DNA of 64,000 nt from Bdellovibrionota bacterium (GCA_041749855.1 JBGTAN010000040.1:7921-71920); one strand, 5' to 3'; shown: positions 37,186-47,145, counted from the first letter of the stretch. The notes: generated from the sequence alone by a model not told the origin. Made by a program: numbers and translations.

Positions 37186-38396
37186 AGTTGCCAATTTACA
37201 TGGATAACCATTCCACCACGCCGCTCGATCCGCGGGTACTAGACGCGATGATGCCGTATCTCACCGACCAGTTCGGAAATGCAGCAAGCCGCAGCCACGC
37301 CTTTGGCTGGCAATCCGAAGAAGCCGTAGAGAATGCCCGTAAAGCCATTGCGGATTGTATTGGCGCAAATCCGAAGGAAATTGTTTTCACAAGTGGCGCG
37401 ACGGAGAGCATCAATATCGCCATCAAAGGCGCAGCTGAGATGTACGCCGAAAAAGGCAATCACGTCATTACCGTGCAGACCGAACACAAAGCCACACTCG
37501 ATTCCGCTAAGTTTCTCGAGAAGCACGGCCACCCGGTGACCTACCTTCCCGTAGATAAATTCGGGCAAGTAAGTGTCGATGCGCTTCGAGAGGCAATCAC
37601 CGATAAAACGATTTTGATTTCCATTATGCACGCCAACAACGAAGTCGGCACACTGCAGCCCATTGCTGCAATCGGAAAGCTGGCTAAAGAAAAGGGCGTG
37701 CTGTTGCACGTGGACGCCGCACAAACCGTCGGCAAAGTGGCGATTGATGTCAATGCGCTCGGAGTGGACTTGCTTTCCATCTCGGGTCACAAGATCTACG
37801 GGCCGAAAGGCGTAGGGGCTCTTTATGTGCGTCGCGCCAATCCCCGTGTACGAGTGTCACCCATCATTCACGGTGGCGGACATGAACGCGGAATGCGCTC
37901 CGGGACTTTGAACGTACCCGGAATCGTGGGACTCGCGACCGCATTGCAAATCGCAGTAGCAGATCAGGCCAAAGATACGGAACGGGTCGGCACCCTTCGT
38001 GACCGTCTGCACAAGGGCATTTGTGCGGGCCTCGATGAAGTCTACTTGAACGGCCATCCAACGGATCGCTTGTACAACAATTTGAACTTGTCTTTTGCTT
38101 TCGTAGAAGGCGAAGCCTTGATGATGGGCCTAAAAGAAGTGGCGGTATCCTCTGGATCGGCCTGTACTTCGGCCTCTCTAGAACCCTCCTACGTCTTGAA
38201 GGCGTTGGGCGTCGGGGAAGATTTGGCACATACTTCGATTCGCTTCGGCTTAGGAAGATTTAACACCGAAGAAGAAGTCGATTTCGTCATTGATCGAGTG
38301 GTATCCACCGTTTCTCGGTTACGCGAAATGTCGCCGCTTTACGAAATGGCTAAAGAAGGCATCGATTTGAAAACGGTTCAGTGGACAGGCCACTGA
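37182..38396 (+). CDS. iscS: cysteine desulfurase IscS
   Basis: [26 protein letters not shown].., PLP-Lys region [18 protein letters not shown], active-site loop [17 protein letters not shown]. Confidence 0.95.
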   Translation: MKLPIYMDNHSTTPLDPRVLDAMMPYLTDQFGNAASRSHAFGWQSEEAVENARKAIADCIGANPKEIVFTSGATESINIAIKGAAEMYAEKGNHVITVQTEHKATLDSAKFLEKHGHPVTYLPVDKFGQVSVDALREAITDKTILISIMHANNEVGTLQPIAAIGKLAKEKGVLLHVDAAQTVGKVAIDVNALGVDLLSISGHKIYGPKGVGALYVRRANPRVRVSPIIHGGGHERGMRSGTLNVPGIVGLATALQIAVADQAKDTERVGTLRDRLHKGICAGLDEVYLNGHPTDRLYNNLNLSFAFVEGEALMMGLKEVAVSSGSACTSASLEPSYVLKALGVGEDLAHTSIRFGLGRFNTEEEVDFVIDRVVSTVSRLREMSPLYEMAKEGIDLKTVQWTGH

Positions 38397-38414
38397 CCAT
38401 AAAGGGAGCTGCAC

Positions 38415-38819
38415 ATGGCATACGGACCAAAGGTAATCGACCACTTCAACAATCCCCGCAACGTCGGCTCGCTCGATAAGAACGACGCAGCTGTAGGAAC
38501 GGGTATCGTAGGCGCACCCGAGTGCGGCGACGTAATGAAGCTGCAGATTAAGATCAACAGTCAAACGCAGGTCGTCGAAGACGCCCGATTTAAGACCTTC
38601 GGATGTGGCAGCGCTATCGCTAGTTCGTCGCTCGCAACCGAATGGGTGAAGGGAAAAACGGTCGACGAGGTTCTTAAGATCAAGAACACGGATATCGTCA
38701 ATGAACTCTCGCTCCCGCCGGTGAAGATTCACTGCTCGGTTTTGGCGGAAGATGCTATCCGCGCAGCGATCAGTGATTATAAGAACAAACAAGACGCGGG
38801 AGTCGTGGAGAGCGCATGA
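38415..38819 (+). CDS. iscU: Fe-S cluster scaffold IscU
   Basis: GAPECGDVMKLQIK, FKTFGCGSAIASSS and LPPVKIHCSVLAEDAI motifs. Confidence 0.95.
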   Translation: MAYGPKVIDHFNNPRNVGSLDKNDAAVGTGIVGAPECGDVMKLQIKINSQTQVVEDARFKTFGCGSAIASSSLATEWVKGKTVDEVLKIKNTDIVNELSLPPVKIHCSVLAEDAIRAAISDYKNKQDAGVVESA

Positions 38820-39139
38820 TCAACCTCACCGAAAGCGCAGTGAAGCAGGTCCTGAAATTCCGCGAAGAAGCGGGCGTTCCCGATGGCGGGTTGCGCATTG
38901 CTGTTGTTGGCGGTGGTTGCAGTGGCCTGTCCTATAAACTCGATTTTCAAAAAGACCCCGGAGAAAAAGACAAAGTCTTTGAAGTTCAGGGCGTGAAGAT
39001 ATTCATCGATCCAAAAAGTTTTCTCTATGTACGAGGCCTCACTCTAGATTATTCCGGCGGGCTTAACGGCACCGGATTCACCTTTCAGAATCCCAATGCC
39101 TCGAAGAGCTGTGGTTGTGGCACTTCGTTCGCCGTATAA
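38816..39139 (+). CDS. iscA: Fe-S cluster insertion protein IscA (HesB family)
   Basis: GGGCSGLSY...SCGCGTSF Cys motifs; ATGA overlap with iscU. Confidence 0.9.
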   Translation: MINLTESAVKQVLKFREEAGVPDGGLRIAVVGGGCSGLSYKLDFQKDPGEKDKVFEVQGVKIFIDPKSFLYVRGLTLDYSGGLNGTGFTFQNPNASKSCGCGTSFAV

Positions 39140-39752
39140 ATGTTCCGCCTGTAAGGCCGATTGGGATGTTCAATGCCCGACGTGTGCCGGCTGTGGGGTA
39201 CTCCAAGAGTTACCCACGCAGTGGAATGCGTTTGAAGTCTTGGGAATCGATCCAGCCCTGGCATTAAATTCAGACTCCCTACGGGAGCGCTTTTACGCGC
39301 TTTCGAAGCAGACTCACCCCGATCGCTTTATTACCGCCGACCCTCAAACCGCTCTTCGAGCAGCTCGATGGTCAACTGCAGTGAATCGGGCGTATCAAAC
39401 ACTTCGGGATCAGGAAGGGCGCGTGCAGGTGTTGCGATCCGCGTTTTCACTCCCTCCTTTTGCTGCGGCAAGCAAAGTCCCGATGGAACTTGCTGAAACC
39501 TATTTTGATTTGCAAGACGCGCTGACCGAACCAGGCAGCGCCGAACACCTCATTGATTTCAAGAAGCAACTGATTGAGAAGCAGGCTGGCCTAACTCACG
39601 ATTGGGAAGCTCTCGAAGCTTCTTGGTTAGAGGCACCTCATTCAGAAGCAAGAAAAGCGCTCTTGGAAAAGGCGGCAAACCAGCTCACCGTTCGCCGTTT
39701 CTTGCGCTCCATGCTCGAAGATCTCGAGAAGAAGCAAGGTATGGCATCATGA
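39096..39752 (+). CDS. hscB: co-chaperone HscB (J-domain) with N-terminal Cys4 zinc-finger-like motif
   Basis: J-like segment [35 protein letters not shown], preceded by [18 protein letters not shown]; the start is probably a GTG at about 39111-39117. Confidence 0.75.
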   Translation: MPRRAVVVALRSPYKCSACKADWDVQCPTCAGCGVLQELPTQWNAFEVLGIDPALALNSDSLRERFYALSKQTHPDRFITADPQTALRAARWSTAVNRAYQTLRDQEGRVQVLRSAFSLPPFAAASKVPMELAETYFDLQDALTEPGSAEHLIDFKKQLIEKQAGLTHDWEALEASWLEAPHSEARKALLEKAANQLTVRRFLRSMLEDLEKKQGMAS

Positions 39753-41590
39753 TAGTGGGAATCGATCTCGGAACTACCCATAGCCTTATTGGGCGGATTG
39801 AAGCTGGTCGGCCCCGTTTAGCTAAGGGAGAAGATGGCAGCACTTTAATTCCTTCTGTCGTGACTTTTGTTCCGGGTGAGCCAGAGCCGGTAGTCGGCAG
39901 CCAGGCCAAGGTGCTTCGCTCACAGTTTCCTGCAACTACTTTTTACAGCTCCAAGCGGTTCATTGGTTTGGGTCTATGTGATGTCGCCCGTTGGATAGAT
40001 GTCCTGCCCTTTGATTTCAGCGAGAGCAACGATCAGATCGTTCTTTTCAAAGCACAGAGCCGAACACTTACTCCAAGTGCAATCGCCGCCTATGTTTTAC
40101 GAAACCTTAAGAGTCTTGCAGAAGCGCAATTTGGTGAAACGGTGACTAAAGCCGTTGTTACCGTGCCTGCGTACTTCAACGATGCGCAACGCCAAGCGAC
40201 CAAACTGGCCGGAGAGTTGGCAAACCTTGAGATCGTACGCATCATCAACGAACCCACAGCCGCCTGCCTCGCCTATGGACTTGAAAAAAAGAACCTGGGT
40301 CACGTCGCAGTTTTTGATTTAGGGGGAGGAACTTTCGATATTTCCATCCTTCGTGCTGTGGACGGGGTATTTGAAGTACTCGCTACTCAAGGGGATACCG
40401 CTCTGGGCGGCGATGATATGGATTTGGCGATTGTTGACGCACTTCGCCCGGAACTTTGCGCGCAGTGGGGCACCCACTGGGCACGCGCCCCAGAAGCTCG
40501 CACGGCGGCGTTGACCGCAGCAGAAACCTTGAAGAAAGCGCTGACAGACTTCGAATCAGCGGAGTTCTCCCTCACTTGCGAAGGTAAAACGTTTAAACGG
40601 CAAGTCACTCGTACGCAGTTCAATCAATGGATAACGCCTTTGATGGAAAAACTTGAGGGACCTTGCTTGGGATGTCTAAAGGACTCAGGCCTCAACGCTT
40701 CGCAGATTACGGATGTGATCTTAGTGGGGGGTAGCACGCGTGTACCGCTCGTGCGAAGTCACGTTTCGTCTCTATTTGGGAGAGACCCGATTTGCACTAT
40801 CAACCCAGATGAAGTGGTCGCCTTGGGAGCAGCTGTCCAGGCTAATATCTTATCCGGCCAAGAAGGTGGAATGACGGGCGATATGTTGTTGCTCGATGTG
40901 ATACCGCTTTCGTTAGGTATTGAAACCTTGGGCGGAGTGGTCAGCAAAATCGTGCACCGCAACTCCACGATTCCCGTCTCAGCGAGCCAAACGTTCACGA
41001 CCCATGTGGACGGGCAAGTCTCGGTGGATATTCACGTGCTGCAAGGAGAACGGGAACTGGTCTCTGGAAATCGGAGTCTAGCCCGGTTTCAACTCAAAGG
41101 AATACCTCCCCTTCCGGCAGGTGTGCCTAAGATTGAAGTGGAGTTTATTATTGATGCCAATGGCATCTTAAATGTCCGTGCTATGGAACTTCGCACAGGC
41201 ACGCGCGCAGCTGTCACCGTCAACCCCACTTTTGGTCTTTCAGACGAAACCGTGGAGCAAATGCTAAGCGACGCTTTTGAATTGGCCGAATCGGACTTCA
41301 ATACCCGCTTTCTTTTAGAAGCCAGAACCGAGGCGGATGGTATTTTGCGCGCGACTCGCAAATCCCTCGAAAAAGATGCACTTACTTCCGATCTAGAGCG
41401 GTCCAAAATTCTCGCCGCCATCGGCGAACTGGAAGAGGCGATGAGTTCAGAAGACCGCCAGTTCCTGAAATCAAAAATCGAGGCTCTCAATCAGGCCACG
41501 CAGGGCCTTGCGGAAAATCTATTGAATGCTGCCGTTCGCGAGGCGCTGCAAACCAATCAGCCACCGAATCAAACCGAAGGATCTCTATGA
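39749..41590 (+). CDS. hscA: Fe-S assembly chaperone HscA (Hsp70 family)
   Basis: [15 protein letters not shown].., [16 protein letters not shown] motifs; ATGA overlap with hscB. Confidence 0.9.
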   Translation: MIVGIDLGTTHSLIGRIEAGRPRLAKGEDGSTLIPSVVTFVPGEPEPVVGSQAKVLRSQFPATTFYSSKRFIGLGLCDVARWIDVLPFDFSESNDQIVLFKAQSRTLTPSAIAAYVLRNLKSLAEAQFGETVTKAVVTVPAYFNDAQRQATKLAGELANLEIVRIINEPTAACLAYGLEKKNLGHVAVFDLGGGTFDISILRAVDGVFEVLATQGDTALGGDDMDLAIVDALRPELCAQWGTHWARAPEARTAALTAAETLKKALTDFESAEFSLTCEGKTFKRQVTRTQFNQWITPLMEKLEGPCLGCLKDSGLNASQITDVILVGGSTRVPLVRSHVSSLFGRDPICTINPDEVVALGAAVQANILSGQEGGMTGDMLLLDVIPLSLGIETLGGVVSKIVHRNSTIPVSASQTFTTHVDGQVSVDIHVLQGERELVSGNRSLARFQLKGIPPLPAGVPKIEVEFIIDANGILNVRAMELRTGTRAAVTVNPTFGLSDETVEQMLSDAFELAESDFNTRFLLEARTEADGILRATRKSLEKDALTSDLERSKILAAIGELEEAMSSEDRQFLKSKIEALNQATQGLAENLLNAAVREALQTNQPPNQTEGSL

Positions 41591-41781
41591 AGTGGACCGA
41601 TACGCGCGAAATCGCCATTGCGCTTTTTGAAGCTAACCCTGAAAGGGATCCGCTCTCTCTGAGATTTACGGACTTGCACAAGATGGTCTGCTCGCTACCG
41701 GGCTTCGAAGGCGAACCCAAAGAATCCAACGAGAAGATTCTCGAGTCCATCCAAATGCATTGGCTCGACGAACGCGATTAA
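41587..41781 (+). CDS. iscX: Fe-S assembly protein IscX (YfhJ)
   Basis: 64 aa, [34 protein letters not shown].. matches IscX; ATGA overlap with hscA. Confidence 0.7.
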   Translation: MKWTDTREIAIALFEANPERDPLSLRFTDLHKMVCSLPGFEGEPKESNEKILESIQMHWLDERD

Positions 41782-41994
41782 GACACCCTACGACGGGTTT
41801 TGTTTTTCGTGGTATTCTAGAACTATCCCGAGACAATCAGCTCTGACTTCTACACCGTGCGTTATCGCATGGTTCTTCCGCATCGCATGACCCTCCTCGG
41901 GCTTTAAGTACCGACTCCACATCCTAAAAACACGCCGGCTGCGCCCACTCCCCCCGTGGAGGTTTGCGTCGCCTAACGAACAGGGGATATCCCT

Positions 41995-43998
41995 ATGCCT
42001 CGCCTTTCACTCGCAATCTTACTGACTCTGTTCCCGGTTCATACCTGCTTTGCCCTTCCCTATTACTTCAACGCAAGTGGCACCGACCAGCCACCTGGCG
42101 CCTCATTACAAACGCTTTGGGGAAAACCATCCAGCGACAGAGCGGGCGAACTACGCACCTTACGTATCAACTTGCGCTTAAGCGGAGTCGATATCACCTC
42201 CAATGGAGACGGATTCTATTCACTCCATGTCGCGGGCCTTCAGCCGCTCGGGCAGCTCGGTGCGCCCGACCTGCAGGGTGCGGGACTGCTACTCGCCATT
42301 CCCGACGGCATCGAGCCCACACTCACCATCGTTTCCCAACAAACGCGCCAATTGGATGCGATTGCGGCGCAACCCTGCCAATTTAAAGCGCGCTGCAAAC
42401 TGCCCCGCAGCCAAGTTCAATTTCATTACGATTCGGCTCTCTACGACTCGCAGAAATCCTTTCCGGAAGCGCCCGCGATGCTTGAGGAACTGGGGCAAAT
42501 GCAGAATGTGCGCTTGGTTCGCCTGGCACTCTACCCGCTTCGGATGAATATGCCCGCTCGTACCGTGGATGTGTCGACTGACCTCGAGGTAGAAGTGGCC
42601 TTCGCCGGAAAACCACTCACGCGTTTCGTGTCACAACCTTTTCGCCAGATGATGCTTCAGACGGCCTTCAATGCCGAAGACGTCGCCCCCTTCTACGCGC
42701 CGGCTCCCCAGACCGAGACGCTTCTCATCTTTGCCGCCAATAGCCTGCGCGCAGAACTCACGCCACTCGCTGAGTGGAAACGGCAGCGCGGAATGAACGT
42801 GGAACTGCTTACTTATTCGGATGTCGGCGCTTCACGCGACAAAGCGCGCAAGTATTTGCAAGACTACTACGACAAAGCCCAGAAGAAGCCGAGCTACCTA
42901 CTCATTGTCGGCAACAACTCCTCGTTCCCTGGCTTTCGCGAAAGCACCATGAGTGGATCCGCAGCGACGGACTACCCCTACTCTTTGTTGGAAGGCGGCG
43001 ACGCCCTTCCGGACATTTTTTACGGCAGACTGCTCGCTAACGATGCCTTGGAAGCGCGCACTCAAGTACGCCGATGGATAGACTACGAAAAGGCGACGAC
43101 TGACTCCGACTGGCTCGTCAAAGCCATGACTATCGCAAGCAACGAAGGCGATGATCCCTCGGATGAAGACTACGCGCGCCAAATCGAAAGGGCGCTCAAT
43201 CGCTTCACCTACAAAGACGTGGATCTGCTCTTTCAAGCAAACAGCTCCGCAACGCACTCCAACATTTGGAGTGGGCTTAAAGAGGGTCGAAGCTGGGTGG
43301 CCTATTTCGGGCATGGGACCGGAGAGGATTGGGCCTCCACCAATAAGATGTTCAATGTGAAAGACGTCGACAAAGTCGACAACGTCGGCAGACTTCCGAT
43401 TGTTATTGATGTCGCTTGTCAGAACGCCTCTTGGGTCGACATCAATCGCTGTTTCGGCAAAGCGTGGATGACACTCGATAAGAGTGGCCTGCCGGCTGGA
43501 GCCGTCGGCTACTACGGTGGGTCCGTGAATGTGAGCTGGCACGAACCTGCCGTGATGAGTGTGGGCGTTGCAAAGTACCACTTCGAAAAGCCCGTTTACT
43601 CCTTGGGGGCAGCCGTACTTGCAGGCCAGATCTACATGATTGAGCAGATGGGATTGGGAGAGAACACGAAGGACAACCTGCGGTGGTTCAATCTCTTTGG
43701 CGACCCCTCGATGCTCATCCGGACCGACAACCCACGACGCTATTCAGTCACTCAACATGTCACATTGGGTACTACGGAGTCGGAAATTCTTGTGAAGGCT
43801 TCGGACGCGATAAATGCGGGAGTGGGAGGCCTAACCGTCTCTGTCTGGGCCCCCGGAGCCAATCAACCCCTGGCCGTGGAAACCACCGACAATCGCGGAG
43901 TGGCCGTCTTGACCCTACCCGGAGTTTCCCAAATTCCTCAGGGAAGCTTACTCACCACTTCGGGTTACAATGTAGAAACCTTCCAAACGACTCTATAG
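41995..43998 (+). CDS. secreted peptidase family C25 (gingipain-like) cysteine peptidase
   Basis: Catalytic His region VAYFGHGTGEDWAST and Cys region LPIVIDVACQNASWVDI closely resemble RgpB (AYIGHGSETAWA / FDVACVNGDF); signal peptide MPRLSLAILLTLFPVHTCFA. Confidence 0.8.
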   Translation: MPRLSLAILLTLFPVHTCFALPYYFNASGTDQPPGASLQTLWGKPSSDRAGELRTLRINLRLSGVDITSNGDGFYSLHVAGLQPLGQLGAPDLQGAGLLLAIPDGIEPTLTIVSQQTRQLDAIAAQPCQFKARCKLPRSQVQFHYDSALYDSQKSFPEAPAMLEELGQMQNVRLVRLALYPLRMNMPARTVDVSTDLEVEVAFAGKPLTRFVSQPFRQMMLQTAFNAEDVAPFYAPAPQTETLLIFAANSLRAELTPLAEWKRQRGMNVELLTYSDVGASRDKARKYLQDYYDKAQKKPSYLLIVGNNSSFPGFRESTMSGSAATDYPYSLLEGGDALPDIFYGRLLANDALEARTQVRRWIDYEKATTDSDWLVKAMTIASNEGDDPSDEDYARQIERALNRFTYKDVDLLFQANSSATHSNIWSGLKEGRSWVAYFGHGTGEDWASTNKMFNVKDVDKVDNVGRLPIVIDVACQNASWVDINRCFGKAWMTLDKSGLPAGAVGYYGGSVNVSWHEPAVMSVGVAKYHFEKPVYSLGAAVLAGQIYMIEQMGLGENTKDNLRWFNLFGDPSMLIRTDNPRRYSVTQHVTLGTTESEILVKASDAINAGVGGLTVSVWAPGANQPLAVETTDNRGVAVLTLPGVSQIPQGSLLTTSGYNVETFQTTL

Positions 43999-44544
43999 AA
44001 CGGGCGGCCGCGTCGCCGGAGTGCCCGCTTTGCACTGTGCTGCCTCCAACTCAATCTTGAGGGTCCCGCTGGTGTTCGCCGTCCAGGCATCCACATACAA
44101 TTCCAGGAATCGCTGCTTTTCGGTCGTATCGAAGTCGACGACCGCTTCTCTCTCGACAAGCTGCGTCCGGTTCATCAGCCCCAATACCTCCACCGTCTGT
44201 GTCACACCGCTTGCCACTTCGGTCAGCTCCACTTGCTCTTCTATGATGGCTTGATTGCAATGCACGAGCAGCGGCTCAGTTTTGTGAAATAGGCAGTTCA
44301 GCAAAGGCCGAGTGGAGTAAGGACTCAGTCGCACGATGCGCACTTTCATCCGGTATGTCTTTCCATCGGGCGGCGCAGCTAGCAAGACACCTACGAGCGA
44401 TCCCGACTTATTAGGCTCCTCGACTTCCAGAATAAAATGATCGGCCTCTTCACGAAAAACAAAAGCCTTTCCGCAGTCGATAATAGCGTCCTGCTTGGCC
44501 AGAAGCGGCATAGCCAAAACGAATATCAAGAAACACTTTTTCAA
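43993..44544 (-). CDS. secreted hypothetical protein, paralog 1 of a tandem pair (4 conserved Cys)
   Basis: Signal MKKCFLIFVLAMPLLA. Shares the pattern C-G..F.F.EE.D.FI..V.E.N....V..L..P.D...Y.M..RI..L....P..NC.F..T..LL..C with the adjacent gene. Confidence 0.5.
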   Translation of the reverse strand: MKKCFLIFVLAMPLLAKQDAIIDCGKAFVFREEADHFILEVEEPNKSGSLVGVLLAAPPDGKTYRMKVRIVRLSPYSTRPLLNCLFHKTEPLLVHCNQAIIEEQVELTEVASGVTQTVEVLGLMNRTQLVEREAVVDFDTTEKQRFLELYVDAWTANTSGTLKIELEAAQCKAGTPATRPPVL

Positions 44545-45155
44545 TCTTGCTCCTCATCTTGCCAGCCACGAAAAAGACGTCGCGCACCAATAGACCTGGG
44601 CTCACCAAACGAGCAAACGGTCCGTTCGAAAGACAGAATGGATTTTCCTTCTCCCAAAGACGTCTTGCCATCAAACAGAACATCTACTGTCTTTCTCGTG
44701 GTGGTCTGATCCATGCTGCTCAACATCGTCCGAGAAGTTTCCGTGGCACGTACATTCAACTGAGAAATCTTCACCGCATGAACAACGCCGGTGGGCGACG
44801 TGAGCTTCATCCGCCCCACAACCGCACCCTTACTACAGTTGAACAGCAGACCATTTGTCTGGGTGAAAAAACAATTTGGCACGGGAGGTTGCCCGGCTGC
44901 CCGCGTCAGCTTGGGAATGCGAAACTCCATGGTGTACATCTGCCGATCCACGGGCGACTTCAGGTGAGAAACGAAAGAATGAGGGACGTTGCTTTCCCTC
45001 ACCGTGAAGATGAAATCGTCCACCCCTTCTTCAAACTGAAACATCGACAAATACAGACTCGAGGTATCATCACCCCCACAACGAATGGTCGGCAATGCCG
45101 CAAAGGCCTGGAAAGAAAGAAGGAATCCCAATAGAAGAAGATGCATTTTCCCCAC
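44541..45155 (-). CDS. secreted hypothetical protein, paralog 2 of the tandem pair
   Basis: Signal MGKMHLLLLGFLLSFQAFA; same conserved Cys framework; 4-nt overlap with paralog 1. Confidence 0.5.
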   Translation of the reverse strand: MGKMHLLLLGFLLSFQAFAALPTIRCGGDDTSSLYLSMFQFEEGVDDFIFTVRESNVPHSFVSHLKSPVDRQMYTMEFRIPKLTRAAGQPPVPNCFFTQTNGLLFNCSKGAVVGRMKLTSPTGVVHAVKISQLNVRATETSRTMLSSMDQTTTRKTVDVLFDGKTSLGEGKSILSFERTVCSFGEPRSIGARRLFRGWQDEEQD

Positions 45156-45199
45156 CCCTCTCCTGTGTGACCGATTTTTTCCACCAAGGCAACCGCGAA

Positions 45200-45991
45200 C
45201 TACCGAGAAGGCGCCTTCAGCTCCGATTCACTCGGGGGTTGGATGCGATAGATTACGGGACAATGCTTGCCGGTCACCCATAAGGACTTGCCATCCCAGG
45301 CCATTCCATCGATCACGGGACACGCTTCGGTATCCGGAAGGGAAACCAGACGACTGATAGCCCCTGTCTTCGGATGCACGCGAAAAAACTGCCCTTTGTG
45401 TTCGGTGAAGCTCGAGGTCCAAATTCCTTTGCCGTCCCAAGCCAGATCTTCAAGACTCCCGACCGGAGTCTCTATCTGCCGCACCAGCTTTCCATCATCT
45501 GGATTGAGAAAATAGAGTTTTTTACTGAAGTCGCCGGTGACGATCAGGTGCGTCCCGTCATTCGTTAAGCCCCAAGCATGCACTTCGGGAACACTTCCAA
45601 TCCGAGTAAACGACAGTGCCTTTCCTGCTAGCTTCCCCTTGTAAAGGCCATTGTTGGAGAAGCTGACGTTAAACAGCGAACCCTTAAACCAGGTGAGGCT
45701 CTCACTGTAATCGGTAGCCGGCGTATACTCGGCGACTACAGTGCCATCGGCAGGAGCGATTTTAAGAAGCTTCTGCGGCAAAGCGTGCCAGAGAAAGCCC
45801 TCGTGAAAGTCGAGGCCTTCCGAATAGCCGGAGTGCGGAATTTGGCCAAGAACCTTGGCGGTGAGAGGCGAAGTGACCGGGGAAACCCGACCCGCCGTGC
45901 TGGTCGCATGGACGCTACCATTCAGCAGTAGAAACATGGCCGCAATGAGCCACTTCCCATTTATGTCACTGCCAACGCCGCAATCCGTCAT
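45200..45991 (-). CDS. glutaminyl-peptide cyclotransferase (plant/bacterial beta-propeller type)
   Basis: SGYSEGLDFHEGFLWHALPQ.., ..WGLTNDGTHLIVTGDFSKKLYFLNPDDGKL.. and ..LEDLAWDGKGIWTS.. match the bacterial glutaminyl-cyclase propeller; N-terminal signal. Confidence 0.65.
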   Translation of the reverse strand: MTDCGVGSDINGKWLIAAMFLLLNGSVHATSTAGRVSPVTSPLTAKVLGQIPHSGYSEGLDFHEGFLWHALPQKLLKIAPADGTVVAEYTPATDYSESLTWFKGSLFNVSFSNNGLYKGKLAGKALSFTRIGSVPEVHAWGLTNDGTHLIVTGDFSKKLYFLNPDDGKLVRQIETPVGSLEDLAWDGKGIWTSSFTEHKGQFFRVHPKTGAISRLVSLPDTEACPVIDGMAWDGKSLWVTGKHCPVIYRIQPPSESELKAPSR

Positions 45992-46241
45992 TCGAAGCGC
46001 CTTTCCTGCCATACGCGATCCGCTAATTACTGGGTATCACACAGAGTTGCCACTTTGCCACGGTGGCACACCGCTTGCTCTTTACAGAAGTCAGGTATGG
46101 CAATCAGTACATTTTAAAAAAAAGTTTCTAACCAAGACTCACTTAGAGTCGACTAAGCAGAGACTTTCGACGGATCTATCCTGGTTTCCCCAATACCCTG
46201 AACGAGTATGCTTCCAGCTCCGTCGACGTTCGCTCTGTGCA

Positions 46242-46282
46242 GCCGGATGTGGGTTCCCCGACCCCTTCCGGCTGACTTTTTT
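46242..46282 (+). terminator. plus-strand intrinsic-terminator-like hairpin with T-run, no upstream annotated plus-strand gene
   Basis: GCCGGA-19 nt-TCCGGC stem (inner GGG/CCC) followed by TGAC-TTTTTT; in the minus orientation the A-run precedes the hairpin, so it is not a minus-strand terminator. Confidence 0.4.
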
Positions 46283-47140
46283 CTAGCGTCCGCGTTTCAA
46301 GTTCGAAAGCGCAATCAAGATTAATAAGAAAATGATCAAAGCGACGATGAGGAACTTCAGCAAGAACCACCAGTCGGTGGCTTCGGATTTCCTGCGTTGC
46401 GCTTCCTCAATCTGAAGCATCGCCTCATTCTGAGCGCGACGGGAATCTGCCCCAGAGGATTTATCCTGGCTCGTCGTCGCATCGTTTTTCGATTCCCCTT
46501 TGCGCACTTCGCGATCACCGGCTTCGCCTGAAGACTCTCCACTCCCCCCTCCGCCGCTGCCCGATCCGTAGGTCGCTCGCGAAGCGGCATCAGCCCCCTC
46601 ACCGCCGCCCTCTTTCCCCTTATTCCCATCGAAGAAGTTGGAATCCATTCCCCCTCCTTGACCAAATCCAGAGCCACCGCCCGCGCCTGCTCCGCCTCCG
46701 ACATTGCCTGCTCCGCCTACGCCACCGCGTCCTCCCACATCACCGGACCCGCCAACCCCGGCTTCGCCCTTACCGACGTTGCCACTTCCGCCTATAGCTC
46801 CGCCGCCCGCGCCGATATCGCCTGTTCCTCCCACGTTCCCCGTATTGCCAACATTACCGGAACCGCCGACCTCGCCGCCCCCCGTGCCGACATTGCCCTC
46901 CCCGTTTCCGGTATTGCCCTGCCGTTCCGCCGAGAACCAGATATTGGGAACAGGACGTTTAGGGGTTTGAGCGATAAAGTCCACCAGCTGTTGGCGGTTT
47001 CCCGACAGAGCCCCCATCATGCGATCGCCAAGGGTCGCGCGAATAATAGGAATGGCAACGGCCGCAACCACAGCGGTTACCATGAGGTAGTCCACCACCC
47101 CAGCGCCGCGGCGCCCCAACTTGAATGAAAGTGAATTCAT
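46283..47140 (-). CDS. Flp/Fap-pilin-like N-terminal domain fused to Gly-rich (GNVG-type) repeat region and C-terminal transmembrane anchor
   Basis: N-terminus ..RRGAGVVDYLMVTAVVAAVAIPII.. matches the Flp prepilin motif G/(A)TAIEYGLI..LIAVVI (D in place of E). About 180 aa of G-N-V-G/G-x-x-G repeats follow, then hydrophobic WWFLLKFLIVALIIFLLILIAL + KRGR. Confidence 0.5.
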   Translation of the reverse strand: MNSLSFKLGRRGAGVVDYLMVTAVVAAVAIPIIRATLGDRMMGALSGNRQQLVDFIAQTPKRPVPNIWFSAERQGNTGNGEGNVGTGGGEVGGSGNVGNTGNVGGTGDIGAGGGAIGGSGNVGKGEAGVGGSGDVGGRGGVGGAGNVGGGAGAGGGSGFGQGGGMDSNFFDGNKGKEGGGEGADAASRATYGSGSGGGGSGESSGEAGDREVRKGESKNDATTSQDKSSGADSRRAQNEAMLQIEEAQRRKSEATDWWFLLKFLIVALIIFLLILIALSNLKRGR

Positions 47141-47145
47141 TTTTC

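Noticed and set aside
45855-46286. 143-aa plus-strand ORF ending at the orphan terminator
   Set aside because: It overlaps the glutaminyl-cyclase gene on the opposite strand and has atypical composition. Only the terminator/sRNA possibility is retained.
46560-46950. Repetitive GC-rich DNA that could be mistaken for a tandem-repeat or CRISPR-like array. The antisense ORF 46658-47128 reads as a Pro-rich protein
   Set aside because: The repeats are in-frame Gly-rich codon repeats of the minus-strand Flp-like gene. The antisense ORF is the mirror image (GGN->NCC) artefact.
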